Shown here: piece by piece, positions 46,001 to 54,033 of the stretch
How positions within the stretch are numbered: position 1 is the first letter of the stretch
How the letters are laid out: every line of letters begins with the position of its first letter
DNA from: a virus
DNA: 64,000 nt
Reading direction: 5' to 3' (one strand)
IMG/VR virus record: IMGVR_UViG_3300007512_000012
Span: 32,001-96,000 of that record
Notes under the pieces: generated by a model
Database searches by the model: none
What the model was told of the DNA's origin: nothing
The model's input: only the letters and a program-made list of their open reading frames with translations
Translations under genes and position numbers: made by a program

Positions 46001-49000
46001 CCTGCTGGAACTCCTTCTTGAGCTTCTGCTCCCGCTCCTTCTTGTCGGTCGGGAGCTTGCCGCCCTTGCCCCGGATGGCCTTGAGCCGGGTCTGGACTTC
46101 GCGGTTGGCGTGCAGCCCCCGGATGTCCTTCGCGGTGATGCCGTGGGGCTTCAGGTAGGCGTTCACGTCGCCTGCCTCGACGCCCTCGAACACGGGGTCG
46201 GTGCCGGACTTGCCCTTCAGGGCCTCGCGGAGCCCGCTGACCAGGCCGGAGTCGCTGGTGGTCTTCGTCTGGCTCACCCCGGACTTGCCGACGTACTTGA
46301 TGGTCGCCTTGCCGCCGGAGAGGGTGACGTGCTTCGCCTGCCAGCCGGTGACCCCGAAGTGGCCGTCCTTCGCCGAACCGGGGTTGCCGACCCGCTCGTA
46401 GGTGTCGTTCATCAGGCCCACGGCCAGGGCGCACAGCCGGGTCTTCTCGTCCTTCGACTTGAGGTCCTTGCCGATCTGGCCGCGCAGCTTGTCGAGGTTC
46501 TGCCGGAGCTTCTCGACCTTCTTCGCCTTCTCGCGGTTGCGGTGCTGGACCTGGCCCTCGCTGTACTCGTAGACCGTGACCTGCTCGCCCTTCTGGTTCT
46601 TGACCTTCTTCTTCGTGCCCTTGGCCGCCGTCTTCAGGCCGCCGGGCAGGGTCGGTGCCCGGAGCACGGCGATGACGTTGCCGGAGGAGGGGAAGTCGCG
46701 CGCGAGGCTCTTCCACACCCGCCCGGCAGCGGTGCTGGTGCCGGAGCCGCCGGAGCACTCGTAGGGCATGAACAGGAAGGGGCCGACCTTCTTGAACCAC
46801 TCGACCATGACGGCCAGGTACATCGCCTTGCCGATGCCGAGGCCCTGCTTGCTCTCGTCGGTGATGAACGCCTTGTAGACCTGGAGGGCTCGGGTGTTCG
46901 TCCGCTCCTCCCCGTCGCTCGCCACCCACCGAGGTCGGCTGGTGTCCTCGACCTGCGGGTACTTCGCCAGCAGCTTCAGGACATCCCGCCCACACGTCTC
47001 CCGCTCGGGGTAGCGCATCACGCTGGCGTGGAGCCCGCCGATGGGGGCTCGGCCGTAGTAGACGCCTGCGAGGATGGCGTCGCTGTCGGACTTGACCCGG
47101 TACTTGACCTTGTTGCCCTCGTGCTCCATCAGCGGGGTGTTCGGGCCGAACCGCTGCGCGTACCGGGAGGCCACCCGGTCCACGAGCATCCTGTGGATCT
47201 CGACCTCGCCCGCTTCACCGCGAGGCAGGGCCGGGCGGCCCTGGCCGTAGAGCGGCATCGTGCTGTCCACCGGAGACGGCTGCGTCTCGGCCAGCAGGTG
47301 CAACGGAACGATCGTCTCCTCCTCCCCGGACGCCTGCACGGCGTCGGCGAACTGCCTGTTGAACAGCAGGGCGAGGGAGTCGATGGGGACGCTCTTCGTG
47401 ATGTCGTCGGCACCGACTTCGAGGACGACGCGGTGCATGGTCGCCTGGTTGTAGCGGTCGCACAGCCGCCGGATGGCCGCGTTGGCCTCCTTCGACTGCC
47501 CCACAGCGTCCACAGCCTCGTTGAGCGAGTCCTGCACCATCTGCGCGAGGGCGTCCTCGGTCAGCTCGCCGCCCACCTTGCTGACGCCGAACCGGGCTTC
47601 GAGCTTCTTGTCGAGCAGCTTGGTGGCCTCGGCGACCACCTTCTTCGCGAAGATGTAGCCGGGCGGGGGCGGGATCGCGACGTACATGGCGGCGTTGATG
47701 CCGCCCTTCATCACCTCGCGGATGAGCAGCCGAGCGATGCGGGCACGCTCCTTCGGGTCTGGCACGTCGCCCTTGAGGAGCTTCGCCACCCCGGAGGCCA
47801 CGTCCTTGCCCCGCTCGACCTTCCGCTTGATGACCTTCTTCGCGATAGCCGCTGCACCGCTGACGGCCGACCGCAGCTTCCCGCGCTTCGGCTTGTCATC
47901 CTCGGCCTCGGGCGCGTCGTCGGTGACGGTGTGGTTCTTCGGGTCAGCTCCAGGGTGCTCCCGCAGGTACTCCTTGCGGGCCTCGTCCGTGCCGAACTCA
48001 CGAGCGGACTTCTCCGCCTTGTCGCGGGCGGCCTGGTCCTTGTCGTAACGGACCTTGAAGAGCTTGACCTCCTTCTTGGCCCCCTGCCCGCCCTGGTCCT
48101 TCTTCGGACGCTTGCGAACGATGACCGTGGGGTCGCCCTTCTCGTTCTCGCCGAAACCCTCGATGCGGCCGGGGCTGTTGAGGTACTTGCCCGTGAACAG
48201 CGGGTCGCCGATCTCCAGCTCGAACTTCTTCGCCGTGCGGGACAGCGGGTACGTCTCGGGCTTCGCCATCCCCCACACCGCCAGGCCCTCGACCGTCCAC
48301 GAACCCGTGGGCACCTGGCCCTCGTACTTCGAGTCGAGCCCGTCCAGGTAGGCGAGGGTGATGTGCGGGTTGTAGATGAGGAGCGAGCGGTCCTTCAGGG
48401 CGAACCCGGCATCGGTCAGCCGAACCCGGATGCCGTCTCGAAGCTGGTCCATGTACCCGTCGAACCGCACCGGGCAGTACGCCACTCGGCGTTCCTTCTC
48501 CGGGTGCTCGAAGTAGTCGAGGGGCTGGATGGTGGCCCGCATCGGCCGGTACTGGCTGGCCTCGGCCTGCACGGCTGCCAGGAACTCGGCCTCTCGCCCG
48601 CGCACGTCCCCCACGTAGAGCAGCGTGCAGTGGGGCGGGCTGTCGTCCTCGTCGCCGAGGCTCGGGAACTTCGCGGCCAACTCCTCCGGCAGCGGGAGCA
48701 TCAGCCCCACCTTCGCCCCGGAGCCCTTCACGGCCGCCGTGCGAGCTGCCTTCCAGCCCTGGCTCCGCCGCTCGTCGGTCGGCAGGCCGACCTCCTGGCC
48801 GGAGTCGAAGCCGATGTAGGCCCACCCGTCGCCCGCCTCGATGCTCGTCACCTGGTCGCCCTCATCGGGGAACCAGGTCGGGGCCATCGCCGCCGTGCGG
48901 CCACCCTGAAGGTCGAGCCTGACGCGCTGCGTCAGCCGCCGCTTGTCGGTCACGAGGGACGGACTGTCGAGCAGGTGACGGCGAGCCAGGTCGGTGACCT

Positions 49001-51464
49001 GGCTGATCTGGCCGCCCCGGAGCCCGAACTCCTTGATGAGCGACCGCATGTCCAGCACCTTGCCGGGCTGCTTGAGGGCCGCGATGAACTGGTCGGTGGC
49101 GTCAAACGACAGGTCCACCGCGATCTCCCGCAGGCGGGCGACCTGGTAGCGGTCGAGGAACCCGAGCCGCTTCCCGCTCGGGAGCCCCATGTCCATCATC
49201 GCGAACAGGGCATCCGAGCGCGTCTCATCGGCCACGTTGAACAGGGCGTTCGCCATCGCCCCGTTGCTCTGCGCGATGTCCTTGATCTCGTCGAGCAGCC
49301 CGAGCCGCTGCATCTCCTCCAGAGCCTTCTTCGCAGTGGGCTCCCGCAGGAGATCGACGAGCATGGTGCTCAGGTGGCCCGGCTTGATGTTCTTGAGCTT
49401 GCCCTTGTGCCGCCGGATGGCCGCCTCGGTGTCGGGCGTCAGCTTGAAGCCGTACTTCACGATGAACTTGATGGCCCGGACCATGCGGGTCGCGTCGTCG
49501 GTGAAGGTCTTGTCCGGGCTGGACGGGCACTTCATCGAGCCCGCCGCCAGGTCGGCGAGCCCGCACCCGGTCAGGTCGATGATCTCGGCCTTGTCCGGGC
49601 CGTTCGCCAGGTCTTGCAGCCGCCACATCAGCGTGTTGTGGACCACCACCCCGTTCGCCACGAAAGCAGGCTCGACCCCCTCGCCCATCGAGATGTCGAA
49701 TACGTCCTGCTGCCCCGCATCCTCAACCGACGTGACCTCGACGTACTGGTAACCGAGGTCGAACAACCGCTGGAGCTTGGCAAACTCGTCCGGGCTGATG
49801 GCCTTGAGGCTCGCCAGGAACCCGTCGAAACCCCCTCGGGCATGAGCATCGTGGAGAAGCCGCTGAACCTTCCGAACAGGCTCATGGACATCGGGGAGGG
49901 TTCTGAACCCATCCCCGTCCGTGGCGTAGACGGCCCGGCTGGTGTCCTGCTTCCGCCCGGCAAGGAACCCCCGAATGTACTCTGCGGGGATGCCGTAGCG
50001 GTTGCGGGCTTTGTTGTCCCGCCGGGTGTAATCGAACCCCTTGGTGACCATCCACGGTTGGATTTTCTCCCACAGGAGAGCCGAATCCACAGCGTTGATG
50101 TAGACGAACCTGCCCTTCACCTTGCTCAAAATGCCGTGAGCACCGAGAAGCACCTGCAACTGCTGGCGAACATGGGGGGACGCCGAGCAGTAGGTGATAC
50201 GCCCCGTCTCGGGCCGGATCGAGCCGTCACCCTCCAGATAGGCCGCAAGAAACGCCCACTGACTTCGCTCGTCAGCTTGCAGGATGGACCACGGGACGAT
50301 CTTGTGGTGGGAGGCTGACTTGCCGTCCTTGGACCCCCCGCAGTACAGGCCGAGGTCTTCCAGCCATCCGACCACGGCCTTGCTGTCGGCGTAGATGTCG
50401 TAGCCGTCTGCGCTGGCGACAAACTCCACCCCACGCAAGATGCGGACGGACCCCTTCTCGACCACCTTGTTGCGGGAGGGCTGGAACCCGAAGGTGGCGT
50501 GGAAGCACTCGACGTAGTGGGAGATGAGGGCTGGATCAGAGTTGCTGAACGACACCCGCTTGTGGGTGTTCGACCCCTCGGCCACGATGCACCCGATCAG
50601 GAACGCCAGTTCGGGCGTCATCCTCTCAGGCTTGCGGACATCCTTGAGTCGCCCACGCTTGGGCTGTACCGGATCGGGCAGGTCGAGAGCAAGGGGCGTC
50701 CGCCTCGCCACCTGCCGCACGGGCACACAGAGCAGGTCACCTTCCTCAAGCTGGTCCGCCTGAACCCACTCGTGGTCGTGGCCCCGAAGGACCAGAACCG
50801 GATGGTGGGGCGTGCAGGAGAAAGAATGACCCCACTCAGTCGTCACCCGCAGGGTGGGGGCGTAGCCGCTGTACTGCCACCCCACAGCAGTCGAAGGGCC
50901 GTCCTGCCCCGCCACGGTCAACCGGATGTCCTGATGATCCCCCCCGTCACGAGAGGCGATCTGGTCGATGCGGAGGATGCCCTTCTCAGTAGGGATTAGG
51001 GTGTCCCCGGCCATGCAGTTGAAGGTGAACTCGCGGCGACGGGCGTCGTCCTCGATGGTCGCCTTCTCGACGTGCGTGGGCTTGTACCCGCCGTCCGTGT
51101 AGGACTCGATGCGGGCGTTGGCGATCTCGATGTCCTCGCCCTGGAGGTTCTCCTCCCCGAGCATCCAGTCGCCCACGATGTGCAGCAGGGCGACGCCGTA
51201 GTCGTTGGTCTGGATGCGGGTCTTCGCGGGGATGGCCTTGGCGACCTCCTTGGCGAACCAGTCGGAGTCCTTGCCGCGCAGGGCCACCGAGTCGATGACC
51301 ACGTCGATGTCCTTGATCGGGCGGCGGATGACGAAGTTGCGGACGGCCCCGCCCACGACGTAGACGTGCCTGCCGACCCCCAGGCGCTTCGCCAGGTCCG
51401 ACAAGAACTTCATCAGCGCCAGGGACGCCGAGCTGCTCATCGCGATGTGGGTCGGCACTGCCAC
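43047..51464 (-). CDS. 2805-aa polyvalent protein: CCA/poly(A)-type nucleotidyltransferase (with intein), 2H phosphoesterase, GNAT, topoisomerase IB, GNAT, helical tail
   Basis: VVGGAVRN..KDIDV, RRREFTFN, DDATRMVRAIKF; PHCTL and PHITL; QGLGIGKAMY; ERVGN, YVGKSG, TAKDIR, GHEASTLRSQY; WQRRGLGGKLM. Confidence 0.88.
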   Translation of the reverse strand: MAVPTHIAMSSSASLALMKFLSDLAKRLGVGRHVYVVGGAVRNFVIRRPIKDIDVVIDSVALRGKDSDWFAKEVAKAIPAKTRIQTNDYGVALLHIVGDWMLGEENLQGEDIEIANARIESYTDGGYKPTHVEKATIEDDARRREFTFNCMAGDTLIPTEKGILRIDQIASRDGGDHQDIRLTVAGQDGPSTAVGWQYSGYAPTLRVTTEWGHSFSCTPHHPVLVLRGHDHEWVQADQLEEGDLLCVPVRQVARRTPLALDLPDPVQPKRGRLKDVRKPERMTPELAFLIGCIVAEGSNTHKRVSFSNSDPALISHYVECFHATFGFQPSRNKVVEKGSVRILRGVEFVASADGYDIYADSKAVVGWLEDLGLYCGGSKDGKSASHHKIVPWSILQADERSQWAFLAAYLEGDGSIRPETGRITYCSASPHVRQQLQVLLGAHGILSKVKGRFVYINAVDSALLWEKIQPWMVTKGFDYTRRDNKARNRYGIPAEYIRGFLAGRKQDTSRAVYATDGDGFRTLPDVHEPVRKVQRLLHDAHARGGFDGFLASLKAISPDEFAKLQRLFDLGYQYVEVTSVEDAGQQDVFDISMGEGVEPAFVANGVVVHNTLMWRLQDLANGPDKAEIIDLTGCGLADLAAGSMKCPSSPDKTFTDDATRMVRAIKFIVKYGFKLTPDTEAAIRRHKGKLKNIKPGHLSTMLVDLLREPTAKKALEEMQRLGLLDEIKDIAQSNGAMANALFNVADETRSDALFAMMDMGLPSGKRLGFLDRYQVARLREIAVDLSFDATDQFIAALKQPGKVLDMRSLIKEFGLRGGQISQVTDLARRHLLDSPSLVTDKRRLTQRVRLDLQGGRTAAMAPTWFPDEGDQVTSIEAGDGWAYIGFDSGQEVGLPTDERRSQGWKAARTAAVKGSGAKVGLMLPLPEELAAKFPSLGDEDDSPPHCTLLYVGDVRGREAEFLAAVQAEASQYRPMRATIQPLDYFEHPEKERRVAYCPVRFDGYMDQLRDGIRVRLTDAGFALKDRSLLIYNPHITLAYLDGLDSKYEGQVPTGSWTVEGLAVWGMAKPETYPLSRTAKKFELEIGDPLFTGKYLNSPGRIEGFGENEKGDPTVIVRKRPKKDQGGQGAKKEVKLFKVRYDKDQAARDKAEKSAREFGTDEARKEYLREHPGADPKNHTVTDDAPEAEDDKPKRGKLRSAVSGAAAIAKKVIKRKVERGKDVASGVAKLLKGDVPDPKERARIARLLIREVMKGGINAAMYVAIPPPPGYIFAKKVVAEATKLLDKKLEARFGVSKVGGELTEDALAQMVQDSLNEAVDAVGQSKEANAAIRRLCDRYNQATMHRVVLEVGADDITKSVPIDSLALLFNRQFADAVQASGEEETIVPLHLLAETQPSPVDSTMPLYGQGRPALPRGEAGEVEIHRMLVDRVASRYAQRFGPNTPLMEHEGNKVKYRVKSDSDAILAGVYYGRAPIGGLHASVMRYPERETCGRDVLKLLAKYPQVEDTSRPRWVASDGEERTNTRALQVYKAFITDESKQGLGIGKAMYLAVMVEWFKKVGPFLFMPYECSGGSGTSTAAGRVWKSLARDFPSSGNVIAVLRAPTLPGGLKTAAKGTKKKVKNQKGEQVTVYEYSEGQVQHRNREKAKKVEKLRQNLDKLRGQIGKDLKSKDEKTRLCALAVGLMNDTYERVGNPGSAKDGHFGVTGWQAKHVTLSGGKATIKYVGKSGVSQTKTTSDSGLVSGLREALKGKSGTDPVFEGVEAGDVNAYLKPHGITAKDIRGLHANREVQTRLKAIRGKGGKLPTDKKEREQKLKKEFQQALDEAAKEVGHEASTLRSQYLVPGLEDTFMRDGTVKEKLDKQGRLSWGLRQILGRADEIVAVFGWGESEMTSVNEDPEKDLGGGLIGYVWRTGRQWYSMAKGSMQSEKRRNRAHGVYGLRHPMRLAADKVAIISIYNAWPEEVGYTSPDPLVSLVGFEGLISSLTAYEWALINDMDRAAGGAEHILVADDGTFTWRGYPVMPDVVTELQGAGYLGNAEDGKIGLSWQLIGKRQLYKQATRRLAARWFVEGASPRLVWRAPRGSDPWKLAQKAGINILSHMDFVAGYEAGGKLVAALFDSSDSGDQECYAFDIVVDPDGWQRRGLGGKLMDIAISQYDDLVEPFPDIQFCLDAVNPHAVRMLKQRGFVETGREQGHTLMTRRATKSKAEKEEEEVERLNRRNPTKKPPRRDLRRNRMKEDDPDIEGFGADGDRDLSNNYKKRATLAANRVALRWLMAEGEPSQKRKPGDVWPSDDGTWNAMNAKGQVRNDFGKDKDSKAKAEAYAKGDADSPEEAEEAVAEKAKEDEAKKKEQAKADKEKFTAEITDLAEKLYGDKVITEETALLLMEKADSAEFHAAYKAEMKQLRELFDDFGVTVSAMKDIAKDPFKGVDGDDIDELAEAVVQAKAQEALLLDPTNVGGQPLSSEQLDDDARTERAMQAMKLYRRVSPDQRRQVAEDAAAKLGDFEKGSPEHDELNAIIDGIHAAAVLNDEDFDAKHPDGRLVREPLNSKLKLVLKQMVKQGNAEVLFLKDSSKVYAAEGRAAVRDAMGKLDDEGLAAISEGTSWEPLVKALADNPDMAPEVQEYLRAMIRDMGVMHMTTVQGVAAAITRKKRDPANLPELFDQTADEVEDKTREAVDSAVDEALQACLEEGKTQAECMKRSREAVVRAQAEATADAIDDMDVEPDAQDTAVAVLRAVAGGADLSLLDDPSVRPERSPEERKRDFLENVKDPAERKRIEQMSPDEFTAMEKAVLSEDEQDLVA
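49635..51017 (-). mobile_element. Intein (461 aa) with a LAGLIDADG homing endonuclease
   Basis: N-terminus CMAGDTLI, block B CTPHHPVL, LIGCIVAEG and FLAAYLEGDG, C-terminus FVANGVVVHN followed by T; visibly more AT-rich than flanks. Confidence 0.93.
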
Positions 51465-51482
51465 CAGTCGCTCCTACGTCTT

Positions 51483-51503
51483 CTGTCGAAGACGGTTCAT
51501 AGG
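51483..51503 (-). promoter_or_regulatory. Putative late promoter CCTAT-N12-ACAG for the polyprotein
   Basis: Motif copy between portal and polyprotein genes. Confidence 0.6.
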
Positions 51504-51518
51504 CAAACGACCGCCCGC

Positions 51519-53234
51519 CTACCCGAACCGGCCGCCGCCCTCTTCCTGTGGCTTCTCGTACTTCAGCCCGAGGTACTCGGCGATCTTCTCGGCGAAGTCG
51601 CTGTTCTCCGCCAGGGCGTCGCCGACCCGCGAGTAGAGGCCACGGAACAGCTCGTTGAACGTCGCGTCCTGCACGGTGCCCACGTCCTGCATGAGCTTCT
51701 CGCGCACCGTCACCGGGTCGAGGTTCAGGTGTTCGAGGATCGTGTCGATGTCCAGCGAGCCCTTCTGGTAGAGGTTCATCAGGGCGTCGAACGTCTCGGT
51801 GTTGTCGCGGAACGACAGCCGGGTGAACGACAAGCGGGGGACGATGACCTGGAGGTTGCCGTCCTCGTCTTCCTCGACGAACCCCATGCGGGCGCACATC
51901 GGCCGGAAGAACTGCTCCTCCACCAACCCCTGCAACGTCTCCCGGTTGAGCATGAACCGCTGGTTGATGACCTCCAGGTTGATGCGGTCACCGGAGTAGC
52001 TGGACTCGCCGGAGAGCAGGCTCTCGGTGACCCCGAGGCCCGCGTACATCTGGCGGTCGGTGAAGTCGAAGACCCACGACCAGTCGGGGAGCCGCTGGTC
52101 CGCCCCCATCTCCTCCCACGTCACCTGGAAGTTGGTGATGATGGAGAAGTCGGGGTCCTGAAGGGCCAGGTCCACCTGCTCGCGGAGGTCCTCGGTCTGC
52201 TCCGCGTTCATGTCCTCGGCGTAGATGAGCCGGTAGGGCGTCATGTGCCGCGAGGCGATGGACGTGAGGCTCTGGCGGACCTTGTCGCGGAAGACGAGCG
52301 TCCGCAGGCAGCGGAGCAGGATGCTCTTGCCACGGGGCTCATACTGCGACTTCTTGCGGGCCATCAGGTAGTAGAACGACCCCGCCTCCGGGTCCGTGTT
52401 CAGCGGGATGTTCTGCCCCTCGGCGATGGCCGCCACCACGTCCTCGGGCATCGAGTTCACGACGCGGGCCGCGTGGGGGTCCCCGGAGGCTGCTCGGTTG
52501 ATGACCGCCTTCGTCTTCGAGTCGGGGATCAGCTCGATGAGCTTCTCGTCCGTGAAGGGGAAGCTCTCGACGTGGATCTGCTCGGGGGGCAGGCAGCGGA
52601 TGGCCGTCCAGCCCTTGTAGTTCTTCTTGAGCCAGGCCGCCATGCGCTCGTTGGCGTCCTCGTGCCGGACCTTGCGCTCGACGATCTCACCGTCCTTGGT
52701 GATCTCGCGGACGATCTCGAACTCGATGTCCTCCGGCATGTCCGGCGAGGTGTCCTCGCAGAAGATGTGGGCCTCGCCGAGCAGGTTCCACTCGTGGTTG
52801 ATCTCCATCAGCCGGTGAAGGAGCCCCTGCCGCTTCGCCCAGTTCTCGCAGAAGCGAAGCGACGCAGAGGCGAGCTTCTCGTTGCGGGCCTTCGGCTTGC
52901 GGAGGCGGACCTTCGAGAGCGGCAGCTCGTCGAGCAGGTCGATGGCCTGGCCGACGAAGGGGTCGTGGTCGTAGAAGAAGCGGTAGAAGTTGCGCTTCTC
53001 GTCGTCGCTCTGCGGCAGTTCGAGGAAGTCGGTGGACAGCTCGGGCGAGTAGAAGTTGCCGCCCGCCCCCATCATGGAGCCGCCCGCAGCACCGCCGTAG
53101 CCGCCGCCGACACCGCACGCGGCGGCCTTCATCGACGACGTGACGATCTTCGTGGGCTTGCCCACCGTCACACCCTTCCGGTCTGCCACCTTGCGGACGA
53201 CCGTCGTGTCGTCGGGGTCGTTCGACCTAGCCAT
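51519..53234 (-). CDS. Portal protein
   Basis: 571 aa after the terminase; RFFYDHDPFVGQAIDL...PLS, RGKSIL-x-R, GLGVTESLLSGESSY. Confidence 0.85.
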   Translation of the reverse strand: MARSNDPDDTTVVRKVADRKGVTVGKPTKIVTSSMKAAACGVGGGYGGAAGGSMMGAGGNFYSPELSTDFLELPQSDDEKRNFYRFFYDHDPFVGQAIDLLDELPLSKVRLRKPKARNEKLASASLRFCENWAKRQGLLHRLMEINHEWNLLGEAHIFCEDTSPDMPEDIEFEIVREITKDGEIVERKVRHEDANERMAAWLKKNYKGWTAIRCLPPEQIHVESFPFTDEKLIELIPDSKTKAVINRAASGDPHAARVVNSMPEDVVAAIAEGQNIPLNTDPEAGSFYYLMARKKSQYEPRGKSILLRCLRTLVFRDKVRQSLTSIASRHMTPYRLIYAEDMNAEQTEDLREQVDLALQDPDFSIITNFQVTWEEMGADQRLPDWSWVFDFTDRQMYAGLGVTESLLSGESSYSGDRINLEVINQRFMLNRETLQGLVEEQFFRPMCARMGFVEEDEDGNLQVIVPRLSFTRLSFRDNTETFDALMNLYQKGSLDIDTILEHLNLDPVTVREKLMQDVGTVQDATFNELFRGLYSRVGDALAENSDFAEKIAEYLGLKYEKPQEEGGGRFG

Positions 53235-53775
53235 CGCTCACCTCGCGTGCGAGCCGCAAGAAGATGGTCTGGACGTAGGCGTCGTTGTCCGCCTCACCCT
53301 GCTGGCGAGCCAGCTCGACCGCTCGCCGCCACAGTTCACCTTCAGCCGACTGCTCTGGAGCTTCCGGCTCCACCTTCTGCTGCACAGGCTCCTCGTCTTC
53401 CAGGTTGACGGTGCGGCCCTCCAGAAAGCCGAGGACGGCCGCCAGCCGCTCCTGGTACTCCCGCCCCCGCCGCCTGGTCCGGGTGACGCCACCCGAACGC
53501 TCTCGGCCTTCGAGCCAGGAGCAGAGTGCGCGAGCCTCCTGCCTGATGTCCACGTCGCTCGCGTAGCCGTCCAGGTGTCCGATGGAGCGGAGGAGCCTCT
53601 CGGCTCGGGCCAGGCGGTCCTGCTTCTCCCTGAACAGCTCCGCGTCGGGGTTCCGCCGCCTGGCGGCCCTCCCGCACACGTCCAGCGCCGCCCGAACCGA
53701 GCCGACAGCCCGCTTCAGGTGCGTGTTCAGGTCCCGGTCGGCAGCCGTCCGGGCAGTGGCTCGCAGGCCGGGCAT
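53227..53775 (-). CDS. Hypothetical protein
   Basis: Coupled to the portal gene. Confidence 0.6.
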   Translation of the reverse strand: MPGLRATARTAADRDLNTHLKRAVGSVRAALDVCGRAARRRNPDAELFREKQDRLARAERLLRSIGHLDGYASDVDIRQEARALCSWLEGRERSGGVTRTRRRGREYQERLAAVLGFLEGRTVNLEDEEPVQQKVEPEAPEQSAEGELWRRAVELARQQGEADNDAYVQTIFLRLAREVSDG

Positions 53776-54030
53776 CTAGCTCCACTTCTCCTTCTTCGTC
53801 AGGTAGCCGTGCTTGAGCGCCACCTTCATCACGGTCTTCAGGAGGTTGATGTCCTCCACCGAGCCGTTGAACACGCTCTTCCACGAGCCACCAGCTCTTG
53901 AGAATACCCGTGCAACGCGGTCGAACTCCTCCGGCCGGGGGCTGGCCTTCCCGCCGAGCGCGACCGTCACCAGCTTCATCATGAAGCGGTGGTCAGCCCG
54001 GAGCGGCCACGAGGGGTTGGGGTTGGGCAC
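53776..54030 (-). CDS. Hypothetical protein
   Basis: GGAGGTG RBS. Confidence 0.6.
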   Translation of the reverse strand: MPNPNPSWPLRADHRFMMKLVTVALGGKASPRPEEFDRVARVFSRAGGSWKSVFNGSVEDINLLKTVMKVALKHGYLTKKEKWS

Positions 54031-54033
54031 GAG

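Noticed and set aside
43548-50318. 2256-aa plus-strand ORF, and similar long ones at 203-3019, 16666-20187, 29253-31808 and 56815-59763
   Set aside because: Antisense shadows of strongly GC3-biased minus-strand genes; the translations have the typical V/L/D/R/H-rich shadow composition and no motifs
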